Assembly (NCBI RefSeq): GCF_009914755.1
Contig: NC_060933.1
From: the human T2T-CHM13v2.0 reference genome, Homo sapiens
Direction: 5' to 3' (one strand)
DNA length: 64,000 nucleotides
The position numbers were made by a program, and so were the translations under genes. The notes beneath the pieces were generated by a model, which was not told where the DNA came from, did not search any database, and worked only from the letters and a program-made list of their open reading frames with translations. This document shows positions 13,001 to 28,400 of this stretch, one piece after another. Each line of letters opens with the position of its first letter. Within the stretch, counting starts at the first letter, position 1.

Positions 13001-15167
13001 AATGGAATGGAATGGATTCAACCCGAATGGAATGGAAAGGAATGGAATCAACCCGAGTGGAATGGCATGGAATGGAATGGAATGGAATGGAATGGTACGG
13101 AATAGAATGGAATGGAACGAAATGGAATGGAATGGAATGGAATGGAATGGAATGGAATGGAATGGAATCAACCTGAGTGCAATGGAATGGAGTGGAATGG
13201 AATGTAATGGAACGGAAACAACCCGAATGGAATGGAATGGAATGGAGTGTAAGGGAATTGAATACAATCAATCCGAATGTAATGGAATGGAATGGAATGG
13301 AATGGAATGGAATGGAATGGAATGAAATGGAATGGCAGGGAATGGAATGGAATCAACCCGAGTGCAAAGGAATGCAATGGAATGGAATGGAATGGAATGG
13401 AATGGAATGGATTCAACCCGAATGGAATGGAAAGGAATGTAATAAACCTGAGTGGAATGGCATGTAATGGAATGGAATGGAATGGAATGGTACGGAATAG
13501 AATGGAATGGAACGAAATGGAATGGAAAGGAATGGAATCAACCTGAGTGCAATGGAATGGAGTGGAATGGAATGTAATGGAATGGAAACAACCCGAATGG
13601 AATGGAATGTAATGGAGTGTAAGGGAATTGAATACAATCAATCCGAATGTAATGGAATGGAATGGAACGGAATGGAATGGAATGGAATGCAGTGGAATGG
13701 AATCAAACCTAGTGCAATGGAATGGAATGGAATGGAATGGAATGGAATGGAATGGATTGGATTCAACCCAAATGGAATGGAAAGCAATGGAATCAACCCG
13801 AGTGGAATGGCATGGAATGGAATGGAATGGAATGGAATGGAATGGTACAGAATAAAATGGAATGGAACGAAATGGAATGGAATCAACTCGATTGCAGTGG
13901 AATGTAATGGAATGGAATGGAATGGAATTAACGCGAATAGAATGGAATGGAATGTAATGGAACGGAATGGAATGGAATGGGATGGAATGGAATCAATCTG
14001 AGTGCAGGAGAATGGAATGGAATGGAATGCAATGGAATGGAATGGAATGGAATGGAATGGAATGCAATGGAATCAACTAGATTGCAATGGGTTGGAATGG
14101 AATGGAATGGAATGGAAGGGAATGGAATGGAATGGAATTAACCTGAACAGAATGGAATGGAATGGAATGGAACGGAATGGAATGGAATGGAATGGAATGG
14201 AATGGAATGCAATGCAATGGGATCAACCCGAGAGCAGGGGAATGGAATGGAATGGAATGCAATGGAATGGAATCAATCAACCCGAGTGCAATAGAATGCA
14301 GTGGAATGGAATGGAATGGAATGGAAATTACCCGAATGGAAAGGAATGTAATGGAGTGTAAGGGAATTAAAAAGAATCAATCCGAATGTAATGGAATGGA
14401 ATGGAACGGAATGGAATGGAATGGAATGGAATGGAATGGAATGAAATTGAATGGCATGGAATGGAATGGAATCAACCCGAGTTCAATGGATTGGAATCAA
14501 ATGGAATGGAATGGAATGGAATGGATTCAACCCGAATGGAATGGAAAGGAATGGAATAAACCCGAGTGAAATGGCATGGAAGGGAAAGGAATGGAATGGA
14601 ATGGTAAGGAATAGAATGGAATGGAACGAAATGGAATGGAATGGAATGGAATGGAATGGAATGGAATGGAATGAACCCGTGTGCAATGGAATGGAATGGA
14701 ATGGAATGGAATGGAATGGAAGGGGTTCAACCAGAATGGAATGGAAAGGAATGGAATCAACCCGAGTGGAATGGCATGGAATGGAATGGAATGGAATGGA
14801 ATGAAACGGAATGGAAGGGAATGGATTGAAATGGAATGGAATGGAATGGAATCAACCCGAGTGCAATGTAATGGAATTGAATGGAATGGAATGGAATGGA
14901 ATGGAATGAATTCAACCCGAATGGAATGGAAAGGAATGGAATAAACCCGAGTGGAATGGCATGGAATGGAGTGGAATGGAATGGAATGGAATACTACGGA
15001 AGAGAATGGAATGGAACGAAATGGAATGGAATGGAATGGAATGGAATGGAATGGAATGGAATGGGTTCAACTCGAATGGAATGGAAAGGAATGGAATCAA
15101 CCCGAGTGGAATGGCATGGAATGGAATGGAATGGAATGGAATGGAATTGAATGGAATGGAATGGAAT

Positions 15168-17990
15168 GGTACGGAATAGAATGGAATGGAACGAAATGGA
15201 ATGGAATGGAATGGAATGGAATGGAATGGAATGGAATGGAATGGAATGGAATGGAACGGAATCAACCCGAGTGCAGGGGAATGGAATGGAATGAAAGGAA
15301 ATGGAAGGGAATCATCAGGAATTGAATGGAATGGAATGGAATGGAATGGAATGGAATGGAATGAACTCGATTGAAATGGAATGGAATGGAATGGAATGGA
15401 ATGGAATGGAATGGAATTAACCCTAATAGAATGGAATGGAATGGAATGGAATGGAATGGAATGGAATGGAATGGAATGGAATTAACCTGAATAGAATGGA
15501 ATGCATTGGAACGGAATGGAATGGAATGGAATGGAATGGAATGGAATGGAATGGAATGGAATGGAATGGAATGGAATCAACTCGATTTCAATGGAATGGA
15601 ATGGAAAGGAATGGAATGGAATGAAAGGGAATGGAATGGAATGAAATGGAATGGAATGGAATGGAATGAAATTAACCCGAATAGAATGGAATGGAATGGC
15701 ATGGAATGGAATGGAATGGAATGGAATGGAATGGAATGGAATGGAATGGAATGGAATGGAATAGAATGGAATCCACCCGAGTGCAGGGGAATGGAATGGA
15801 ATGGAATGCAATGGAATGGAATCATACGGAAAGGAATGGAATGGAATGGAATGGAATGGATTCAACCCGAATGGAATGGAAAGGAATGGAATCAACCCGA
15901 GTGGAATGGCATGGAATGGAATGGAATGGAACGGAATGGAATGTTAAGGAATAGAAAGCATGGAACGAAATGGAATGGAATGGAATGAAATGGAATGGAA
16001 TGGAATGGAATCAACCTGACTGCAATGGAATGGAGTGGAATGGAATGTAATGGAATGGAAACAGCCCGAATGGAATGGAATGTAATGGAGTGTAAGGGAA
16101 TTGAGTACAATCAGTACGAATGTAATGGAATGGAATGGAACGGAATGGAATGGAATGGAAAGGAATGGAATCAACACGAGTGCAGGGGAATGGAATGGAA
16201 GGGAATACAATGGAATGGAATCATCCTGAATGGAATGGAATGCAATGGAATGGAATCAATCAACCCGAGTGCAATAGAATGCAGAGGAATGGAATGGAAT
16301 GGAATGGAAAGTACCCGAATGGAATGGAATGTAATTGAGTGTAAGGGAATTAAAAAGAATCAATCCGAATGTAATGGAATTGAACGGAAAGGAATGGAAT
16401 GGAATGGAACGGAATGGAATGGAATGGAATGAAATGGAATGGCATGGAATGGAATGGAATCAACCCGAGTTCAATGGAATGGAATGGAATGGAATGGAAT
16501 GAATTCAACCGGAATGGAATGGAAAGGAATGGAATAAACCCGAGTGAAATGACATGGAAGGGAATGCAATGGAATGGAATGGTAAGGAATAGAATGGAAT
16601 GGAACGAAATGGAATGGAATGGAATGGAATGGAATGGAATGGAATGGAATGGAATGGAATGGAATGGAACGGAATCAACCCGAGTGCAGGGGAATGGAAT
16701 GGAATGAAAGGAAATGGAAGGGAATCATCAGGAATTGAATGGAATGGAATGGAATGGAATGGAATGGAATGGAATGAACTCGATTGAAATGGAATGGAAT
16801 GGAATGGAATGGAATGGAATGGAATGGAATTAACCCTAATAGAATGGAATGGAATGGAATGGAATGGAATGGAATGGAATTGAATGGAATTAACCTGAAT
16901 AGAATGGAATGCATTGGAACGGAATGGAATGGAATGGAATGGAATGGAATGGAATGGAATGGAATGGAATCAACTCGATTTCAATGGAATGGAATGGAAA
17001 GGAATGGAATGGAATGAAAGGGAATGGAATGGAATGAAATGGAATGGAATGGAATGGAATGAAATTAACCCGAATAGAATGGAATGGAATGGCATGGAAT
17101 GGAATGGAATGGAATGGAATGGAATGGAATGGAATGGAATGGAATAGAATGGAATCCACCCGAGTGCAGGGGAATGGAATGGAATGGAATGCAATGGAAT
17201 GGAATCATACGGAAAGGAATGGAATGGAATGGAATGGAATGGATTCAACCCGAATGGAATGGAAAGGAATGGAATCAACCCGAGTGGAATGGCATGGAAT
17301 GGAATGGAATGGAACGGAATGGAATGTTAAGGAATAGAAAGAATGGAACGAAATGGAATGGAATGGAATGAAATGGAATGGAATGGAATGGAATCAACCT
17401 GACTGCAATGGAATGGAGTGGAATGGAATGTAATGGAATGGAAACAGCCCGAATGGAATGGAATGTAATGGAGTGTAAGGGAATTGAGTACAATCAGTAC
17501 GAATGTAATGGAATGGAATGGAACGGAATGGAATGGAATGGAAAGGAATGGAATCAACACGAGTGCAGGGGAATGGAATGGAAGGGAATACAATGGAATG
17601 GAATCATCCTGAATGGAATGGAATGCAATGGAATGGAATCAATCAACCCGAGTGCAATAGAATGCAGAGGAATGGAATGGAATGGAATGGAAAGTACCCG
17701 AATGGAATGGAATGTAATTGAGTGTAAGGGAATTAAAAAGAATCAATCCGAATGTAATGGAATTGAACGGAAAGGAATGGAATGGAATGGAACGGAATGG
17801 AATGGAATGGAATGAAATGGAATGGCATGGAATGGAATGGAATCAACCCGAGTTCAATGGAATGGAATGGAATGGAATGGAATGGATTCAACCGGAATGG
17901 AATGGAAAGGAATGGAATAAACCCGAGTGAAATGACATGGAAGGGAATGCAATGGAATGGAATGGTAAGGAATAGAATGGAATGGAACGA
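15168..17990 (+). repeat. Recent tandem duplication, unit ~1.38-1.41 kb
   Basis: Identical or near-identical translated ORFs at offset 1383 (15944/17327, 15995/17378, 16135/17518) and 1413 (15186/16599). Shared private variants atcatcagga, gcattggaac, atgttaagg, acagcccg, ttgagtacaatcagtacg and gaaatgacatgg. Confidence 0.9.
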
Positions 17991-20900
17991 AATGGAATGG
18001 AATGGAATGGAATGGAATGGAATGGATTGGAATGGAATGAACCCGTGTGCAATGGAATGGAATGGAATGGAATGGAATGGAATAGAATGGAATGGGTTCA
18101 ACTGGAATGGAATGGAAAGTAATGGAATCAACCCGAGTGGAATGGCATGGAATGGAATGGAATGGAAGGGAATGGAATGGAAGGGAATGGAATGAAATGG
18201 AATGGAATGGAATGGAATCAACCCGAGTGCAATGGAATGGAATGGAATGGAATGGAATGGAATGAATTCAACCCGAATGGAATGGAAAGGAATGGAATAA
18301 ACCCGAGTGGAATGGCATGGAATGAAGTGGAATGGAATGGAATGGAATGGTACGGAAGAGAATGGAATGGAAAGAAATGGAATGAAATGGAATAGAATGG
18401 AATGGAATGCAATGAATCCGTGAGCAATGGAATGGAATGGAATGGAATGGAATCGAATGGAATGGATTCTACTCGAATGGAATGGAAAGTAATGGAATCA
18501 ACCCGTGTGGAATGGCATGGAATGGAATGGAATGGAATGGAAAGGAATGGAATCAACCCGAGTGCAGAGGAATGGAATGGAATGGAAGGCAATGGATTGG
18601 AATGAAATGGAATGGCATGGAATGGAATGGAATCAACCCGAGTTCAATGGAATTGAATGGAATGGAATGGAATAGAATGGAATGGAATCAACTCGATTGC
18701 AATGGAATGGAATGGAATGGAATGGAATGGAATGGAATGGAATTAACCCTAATAGAATGGAATGGAATGGAATAGAATGGAATGGAATGGAAGGGAATGG
18801 AATGGAATGGAATGGAATTAACCAGAATAGAATGGAATGGAATGGAATTGAATGGAATGGAATGGAATGGAATCAACTCGATTTCAATGGAATGGAATGG
18901 AATGGAATGGAATGGAATGGAATAGAATGGAATCCACCTGAGTGCAGGGGAATGGAATGGAATAGAATGCAATGGAATGGAATCATACGGAATGGAATGG
19001 AATGGAATGGAATTTAATGGAATGGAATGGAATGGAAACAAACCGAATGGAATGGAATGTGATGGATTGTAAGGGAATTGAATAGAATCAATCCGAATGT
19101 AATGGAATTGAATGGAACGGAATGGAATGTAATGGAATGGAATGGAATGGAATGGAATGGAATGCAAAGGAATGGGATCAACCCGAGTGCAATGGAATGG
19201 AATCGAAAGGAATGGAATGGAATGGAAAGGCTTCACCCCGAATGGAATGGAAAGGAATGGAATCAACCCGAGTGGAATGGAATGGAATGGAATGGAATGG
19301 AATGGAATGCAATGGAATGGAACGGAATGGAATCAACCCGATTGCAATGAAATTGAATGGAATGGAATGGAATGGAATGGAATGGAATTAACCCGAATAG
19401 AATGGAATGGAATGGAATGGAATGGTATGGAATGGAAGGGAACGGAATGGAATGGAATGGAATGGAATGGAATCAACCCGGGTGCAGGGGAATGCAATTG
19501 AATGGAAGGCAATGGAATGCAATCATCCGGAATGGAATGGAATAGAATGGAATGGAATGGTTTCAACCCGAACGGAATGGAATGGAAAGGAATCAACCCG
19601 AGTGGAATGGCATGGAATGGAATGGAATGGAATGGAATGGAATGGAATGGAATGGAATGGTATGGAATAGAATGGAATGGAACGAAATGGAATGGAAAGG
19701 AATGGAATGGAATGGAATGGAATCAACCCGACTGCAATGGAATGGAATGGAAAGGAATTGAATGGAATGGAAACAACCCGAATGGAATGGAATGTAATGG
19801 AGTGTAAGGGAATTGAATACAATCAATACGAATGTAATGGAATGGAATGGAACGGAATGGAATGGAATGGAATGGAATGGAATGGAATGGAATGGATTCA
19901 ACCCAAATGGAATGGAAAGCAATGGAATCAACCCGAGTGGAATGGCATGGAACGGAATGGAATGGAATGGTATGGAATAGAATGGAATGGAAAGAAATGG
20001 AATGGAATGGAATGGAATGGAACGGAATGGAATGGAATCAATCCAAGTGGATTAGAAGGGAATGCAATCGAGTAGAATGGAAAGGAATGGAATCAACCAG
20101 AGTGGAATGGAAGGGTATGCAATGGAATGGAAACTAATAAAATGGAATCAACACGAGTGGAATGGAATGGAAAGGACTTGAATGGAATGGAATGGAATGG
20201 AATGGAATCAACTCGATTGCAATGGAATGTAATGGAATGGAATTGAATGGAATTAATGCGAATAAAGTGGATTGGAATGGAATGGAACGGAATGGAATGG
20301 AATGGAATGGAATGGAATCAAACTGAGTGCAGGGGAATGGAATGGAATGGAATGGAATAGAATGGAATGGAATGGAAGGGAATGGAATGGAATGGAATTA
20401 ACCTGAACAGAATGGAATGGAATGGAATGGAACGGAATGGAATGGAATGGAATGGAATGGAATCCACCCGAGTTCAAGGGAATGGAATGGAATGGAATGC
20501 AATGGAAGGGAATCAATCAACCCGAGTGCAATAGAATGCAGTGGAATGGAATGGAATGGAATGGAAAGTACCCGAATGGAATGGAATGTAATGGAGTGTA
20601 AGGGAATTAAAAAGAATCAATACGAATGTAATTGAATGGAATGGAACGGAATAGAATGGAATGGAATGGAATGGAATGGAATGAAATGGAATGGCATGGA
20701 ATGGAATGGAATCAACCCGAGTGCAATGGAATGGAATTGAATGGAATGGAAGGGAATGGAATGGATTGAACCCGAATGCAATGGAAAGGAATGGAATAAA
20801 CCCGAGTGGAATGGCATGGAATGGAATGGAATGGAATGGAATGGAATGGTACGGAATAGAATGGAAAAGAACGAAATGGAATGGAATGGAATGGAATGGA

Positions 20901-23900
20901 ATGAACCCGTGTGCAATGGAATGGAATGGAATGGAATGCAATGGAATGGAATGGAATGGAATGCAATGGAATGGAATGGGTTCAACTCGAAAGGAATGGA
21001 AAGGAATGGAATCAACCCGAGTGGAATGGCATGGAATGGAATGGAATGGAATGGTATGGAATGGAATGGAATGGAATGGAATGGAATGGAATGGAATGGA
21101 ATGGATTGGAATCAACCCGAGTGTAATGTAATGGAATCGAATGGAATGGAATGGAATGGAATGGATTCAACCCAAATGGAATTGAAAGGAATGGAATCAA
21201 CCTGAGTGGAATGGCATGGAATGGACTGGAATGGAATGGAATGGTACGGAATAGAATGGAATGGAACGAAATGGAATGGAATGGAATGGAATGGAATGGA
21301 ATGGAATGGAATGGAATGGAATGAACCCGTGTGCAATGGAATGGAATCGAATGGAATGGAATGGAATGGAAAGGATACAACTCGAATGGAATGGAAAGGA
21401 ATGAAATCAACCCGAGTGGAATGGCATGGACTGGAATGGAATGGAATGGAATGGAATGGAATGGAATTGAATGGTGCGGATTAGAATCGAATGGAATGAA
21501 ATGGAATGGAATGGAATGGAATGGAATGGAAACAACCCGAGTGCATGGTAATGGAATGGAATGAAAGGCAATGGAATGGAATCATCCGGAATGGAATGGA
21601 ATGGAATGGAATGGAATGGAATGGAATGGAATGGAATCAACTCGATTGCAATGGAATGGAATGGAATGGAATGGAATGGAATGGAATGGAATGGAATTAA
21701 CCCGAATAGAATCGAAGGGAATGGAATGTAATGGAATGGAATGGAATGGAAGGGAATGGAATGTAATGGAATGGAATGGAATTAACCCGAATAGAATGGA
21801 ATGGAACGGAAAGGAAGGGAATGGAATGGAATGTAATCAACTCGAGTGCAGGGGAAAGCAATGCAATGGAATGAAATGGAATGGAGTCATACGAAATGGA
21901 AGGGAATGGAATGGAATCAACCAGAGTGCAATGGAATGGAGTGGCATGGAATGGAATAGAATGGAAACAACACGAATGGAATAGAATGTATTGGAGTGTA
22001 AGGGAATTGAATAGAATCAATCCGAATGTAATTGAATGGAACGGAAAGGAATGGAATGGAATGGAATGGAATGGAATGGAATGGAATGGAATGGAATTAA
22101 ATGGAATGGCATGGAATGGAATGGAATCAACCCGAGTTCAATGGAATGGAATGGAATGGAATGGAATGGAATGGAATGGAATCAACTCGATTGCAATGGA
22201 ATGGAATGGAATGGAATGGAATGGAATGGAATGGAATTAACCCTACTAGAATGGAATGGAATGGAATGGAATGGAATGGAATGGAATGGAATGGAATGGA
22301 ATTAACCCTATTAGAATGGAATGGAATGGAATGGAATGGAATAGAATGGAATGGAAGGGAATGGAATGGAATGGAATGGAATGGAATTAACCCGAATAGA
22401 ATGGAATGGAATGGAATGGAATGGAATGGAATGGAATGGAATGGGATCAACCCGAGTGAAATGGAATGGAATCGAAAGGAATGGAATGGAATGGAATGGT
22501 TTCAACCCGAATGGAATGGAAAGGAATGGAATCAACCCGAGTGGAATGGAATGGAATGGAATGGAATGGAATGGGTTCAACTCGAATGGAATGGAAAGGA
22601 ATGGAATTAACCCGAGTGGAATGGCATGGAATGGAATGGAATGGAATGGAATGGAAGGTTATGGAATGGAATGGAATTAACCTGAACAGAATGGAAGGGA
22701 ATGGAATGGAACGGAACGGAATGGAATGGAATGGAATGGAATGGAATGGAATGGAATGCAATGGAATGGGATCAACCCGAGTACAGGGGAATGGAATGCA
22801 ATGGAATGCATTGGAATGGAATCATCCGGAATGGAATGGAATGGAATGGAATGCAATGGAATGGAATCAATCAACCCGAGTGCAATAGAATGCAGTGGAA
22901 TGGAATGGAATGGTATGGAAACTACCCGAATGGAATAGAATGTAATGGAGTGTAAGGGAATTAAAAAGAATCAATCCGAATGTAATGGAATTGAATGGAA
23001 CGGAATGGAATGGAATGGAATGGAATGGAATGGAATTAACCCGAATAGAATGGAATGGAATGGAATGGAATGGAATGGAAGTAAATGGAATGGAATGGAA
23101 TGAACCCGAGTGCAGGGGAATGGAATGGAATGGAATGCAATGGAATGGAGTCATCCGGAATGGAACAGAAAGGAATGGAATGGAATCAACCCGTGTGCAA
23201 TGGAATGGAAAGGAATGGAATGGAATGGAATGGAATGGATTCAACCCGAATGGAATGGAAAGGAAGGGAATTATCCCAAGTGGAATGGCATGGAATGGAA
23301 TGGAATGGAATGGAAGGGAATGGAATGGAATGGAATGGTACCGAATAGAATGGAATGGAACGAAATGGAATAGAATGGAATGGAATGGAATGGAATCAAC
23401 CCGAGTGCAATGGAATGGAGTGGAATGGAATGGAATGACATGGAAACAACCCGAATGGAATGGAATGAAATGGAGTGTAAGGGAATTGAATACAATCAAT
23501 CCGAATGTAATGGAATGGAATGGAACGGAATGGAATGGAATGGAATGGAATGCAGTGGAATGGAATCAAACCTAGTGCAATGGAATGGAATGGAATGGAA
23601 TGGAATGGAATGGAATGGATTCAACCCAAATGGAATGGAAAGCAATGGAATCAACCCGAGTGGAATGGCATGGAATGGAATGGAATGGAATGGAATGGAA
23701 TGGAATGGAATGGTACGGAATAGAATGGAATGGAACGAAATGGAATGGAATGGAATGGAATGGAACGGAATGGAATGGAATCAACTCGATTGCAATGGAA
23801 TGTAATGGAATGGAATGGAATGCAATTAACGCGAATAGAATGGAATGGAATGGAATGGAACGGAATGGAATGGAATGGAATGGAATGGAATCGAATGGAA

Positions 23901-25482
23901 TCAACCTGAGTGCAGGGGAATGGAATGGAATGGAATGCAATGGAATGTAATGGAATGGAATGCAATGGAATCAACTCGATTGCAATGGGATGGAATGGAA
24001 TGGAATGGAAGGGAAAGGAATAGAATGGAATTAACCTGAACAGAATGGAATGGAATGGAATGGAACGGAATGGATTGGAACGGAATGGAATGGAATGGAA
24101 TGGAATGAACCCGTGTGCAATGGATTGGAATGGAATGGAATGGAATGGAATGGAATGGGTTCAACTCGAATGGAATGGAAAGGAATGGAATCAACACGAG
24201 TGGAATGGCATGGAATGGAATGGAATGGAATGGAATGGAATGGAATCAACCCGACTGCAGGGGAATGGAATGGAATGGAATGCAATGGAATGGATTCAAC
24301 TTGAATGGAATGGAAAGAATGGAATCAACACGAGTGGAATGGCATGGATTGGAATGGAATGGAATGGAATCAACCCGAGTACAGGGGAATGGAATGGAAT
24401 GGAATGCAATGGAATGGAATCATCCGTAATGGAATGGAAAGGAATGGAATGGAATGGAATGGAATGGAATGGAATGGAATGGAATCAACTCGATTGCAAT
24501 CGAATGGAATGGAATGGAATTAACCCGAATAGAATGGAATGGAATGGAATGGAACGGAACGGAACGGAATGGAATGGATTGGAATGGAATGGAATGGAAT
24601 GGAATGGAACGGAAAGGAATGCAATGGAATGGAATGGAATGGAATGGAATGGAATGGAATGGAATAAACCCGAGTGCAATGGAATGGAGTGGAATGGAAT
24701 GGAATGGAATGGAACAACCCGAATGGAATGGAATGTAATGGAGAGTAAGGGAGTTGAATAGAATCAATCCGAATGTAACGGAATGGAATGGAACGGAATG
24801 GAATTGAATGGAATGGAATGGAATGCAATGGAATGGAATCAACCCGAGTGCAATGGAATGGAGAGGAATGGAATGGAATGGAATGGAAACTACCCGAATG
24901 GAATGGAATGTAATGGATTGTAAGGGAATTAAATAGAATCAATCCGAATGTAATGCAATGGAATGGAACGGAATGGAATGGAATGGAATGGAATGGAATG
25001 GAATGGAATGGAATGCAATGGAATGGAATCAACCCGAGTGCAATCGAATGGAATCGAATGGAATGGAATGCAATGGAATGGATTCAACTTGAATGGAATG
25101 GAAAGAATGGAATCAACACGAGTGGAATGGCATGGATTGGAATGGAATGCAATGGAATCAACCCGAGTACAGGGGAATGGAATGGAATGGAATGCAATGG
25201 AATGGGAACATCCGGAAGGGAATGGAAAGGAATGGAATGGAATGGAATGGAATGGAATGGAATGGAATGGAATGGAATCAACTTGATTGCAATCGAATGG
25301 AATGGAATGGAATTAACCCGAATAGAATGGAATGGAATGGAATGGAACGGAACGGAATGGAATGGAATGGAATGGAATGGAATGGAACGGAACGGAACGG
25401 AATGGATGGAATGGAATGGAATGGAATGGAATGGAATCAACGCGAGTGCAGGGGAATGGAATGGAATGGAATGCAATGGAAT

Positions 25483-28400
25483 GGAATCTTCCGGAATGGA
25501 ATGGAATGGAATGAAATGCAATGGATTCAACTCGAATGCAATGGAATGGAACAGAATGGAATGGAATGGAATGGAATGGAATGGAATTAACCCGAATAGA
25601 ATGGAATGGAATGGAATGGAACAGAATGGAACGGAATGGAACGGAATGGAATGGAATGGAATGGTATGGAATGGAATCGAATGGTACGGAATAGAATGGA
25701 ATGGAACGAATTGTAATGGAATGGAATTGAATGGAATGGAATGGAATGGAATGGAATCAACGCGAGTGCAGGGGAATGTAATGGAACGGAATGCAATGGA
25801 ATGGAATCATCCGGAATGGAATGGAATGGAATGGAATGGAATGGAATGGAATGGAATCAACCCGATGCAATGGAATGGAGAGGAATGGAATGGAATGGAA
25901 TGGAAACTACCCGAATGGAATGGAATGTAATGGAGAGTAAGGGAGTTGAAAAGAATCAATCCGAATGTAATGGAATGGAATGGAACGGAATGGAATGGAA
26001 TGGAATGGAATGGAATGCAATGCAATGGAATGGAATCAACCCGAGTACAATGGAATGGAATGGAATGGAATGGAATGGAATGGAATGGAATGGAATGGAA
26101 TGGAATGCAATGGAATGGAATCTTCCGGAATGCAATGGAATGGAATGGAATGGAATGGAATGGAATGCAATGGATTCAACTCGATTGCAATGGAATGGAA
26201 TAGAATGGAATGGAATGGAATGGAATGGAATGGAATTAAACCGAATAGAATGGAGTGGAATGGAATGGAACGGAACAGAACGGAACGGAACGGAACGGAG
26301 TGGAATGGAATGGAATGGAATTGTATGGAATGGAATGGAATGGTACGGAATAGAACGGAATGGAAAGAATTGGAATGGAATGGAATCGAATGGAATGGAA
26401 TGGAATGGAATGGAATCAACCCGAGTGCAGGGGAATGTAATGGAACGGAATGCAATGGAATGGAATCATCCGGAATGGAATGGAATGGAATGGAATGGAA
26501 TGCAATGGAATGGAATCAACCCGAGTGCAATGGAATGGAGAGGAATGGAATGGAATGGAATGGAAACTACCCGAATGGAATGGAATGTAATGGAGTGTAA
26601 GGGAATTGAATAGAATCAATCCGAATGTAATGGAATGGAATGGAACGGAATGGAATGAAATGGAATGGAATGGAATGGAATGGAATGGAATGCAATGGAA
26701 TGGAATCAACCCGAGTGCAATCGAATGGAATCGAATGGAATAGAATGCAATGGAATGGATTCAACTTGAATGGAATGGAAAGAATGGAATCAACACGAGT
26801 GGAATAGCATGGATTGGAATGGAATGGAATGGAATCAACCCGAGTACAGGGGAATGGAATGGAATGGAATGCAATGGAATGGAATCATCCGTAAAGGAAT
26901 GGAAAGGAATGGAATGGAATGGAATGGAATGGAATGGAATGGAATGGAATGGAATCAACTCGATTGCAATCGAATGGAATGGAATGGAATTAACCCGAAT
27001 AGAATGGAATGGAATGGAATGGAACGGAACGGAATGGAATGGAATGGAATGGAATGGAATGGAACGGAACGGAACGGAATGGAATGGAATGGAATGGAAT
27101 GGAATGGAATGGTATCAACGCGAGTGCAGGGGAATGGAATGGAATGGAATGCAATGGAATGGAATCTTCCGCAATGGAATGGAATAGAATGGAATGGAAT
27201 GAAATGCAATGGATTCAACTCGATTGCAATGGAATGGAATAGAATGGAATGGAATGGAATGGAATGGAATTAATCCGAATAGAATGGAATGGAATGGAAT
27301 GGAACGGAATGGAACGGAATGGAATGGAATGGAATGGAATGCAATGGTATGGAATGGAATGGAATGGTACGGAATAGAATGGAATGGAACGAATTGTAAT
27401 GGAATGGAATTGAATGGAATGGAATGGAATGGAATGGAATGAACGTGAGTGCAGGGGAATGTAATGGAACGGAATGCAATGGAATGGAATCATCCGGAAT
27501 GGAATGGAATGGAATGGAATGGAATGGAATGGAATCACCCCGAGTGCAATGGAATGGAGTGGAATGGAATGGAATGGAATGGAACAACACGAATGGAGTG
27601 GAATGTAATGGAGAGTAAGGGAGTTGAATAGAATCAATCCGAATGTAATGGAATGGAATGCAACGGAATGGAATGGAATGGAATGGAATGGAATGCAATG
27701 GAATTGAATCAACCCGAGTACAATGGAATGGAATGGAATGGAATGGAATGGAATGGAATGGAATGGAATGGAATGGAATGGAATGATACGGAATAGAATG
27801 GAATGGAACGAAATGGAATGGAATGGAATGGAATGGAATGGAATGGAATGGAATGAAATCATTCCGAGTGGAATAGGAGGGAATGTATTCGAGTGGAATG
27901 GAAAGGAATGGTATCAACCAGAGTGGAATGGAGGGGAATGGAATGGAATGGAAACTAATAGAATGGAATCAACCCGAGTGGAATGGAATGGAAAGGACTG
28001 GAATGGAATGGAATGGAATGGAATCAACTCGATTGTAATGGAATGGAATGGAATGGAATGGAACGGAATGGAATGGAATGGAATGGAATTAACCCGAATA
28101 CAATGGAATGGAATGGAATGGAACAGAATGGAGTGGAATGGAATGGAATCAACCGGAGTGCAGGGGAATGGAATGGAATGGAATGCAATGGAATGGAATC
28201 ACCCGGAATGGAATGGAATGGAATGGAATGCAAAGCAATGGAATCAACTCGATTGCAATGGAATGGAATGGAATGGAAAGGAATACATTGGAATCAACGC
28301 GAGTGGAATGGAATGGAAAGGACTGGAATGGAGTGGAATGGAATGGAATGGAATGGAATGGAATCAACTCGATTGGAATGGAATGGAATGGAATGGAATG

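Larger units (their letters stand above)
6987..24240 (+). repeat. Sub-array dialect A
   Basis: Recurrent gaacccgtgtgca/gaacccgtgagca, caaacctagtgca, ttaacctgaacag, ggattcaacccgaatggaatggaaagg, aaacaacccg and ttgaatacaatcaatccg. GGAATCTTCCGG, ggaaagaatgg and gtaagggagttg were not seen. Confidence 0.8.

Noticed and set aside
7000-14150. DYZ1 (Yq12 ~3.5-kb HSat3 unit) suggested by the ~3.6-kb spacing
   Set aside because: The period is irregular (3.0-3.7 kb) and confined to part of the window. No chromosome assignment is supportable without a search.
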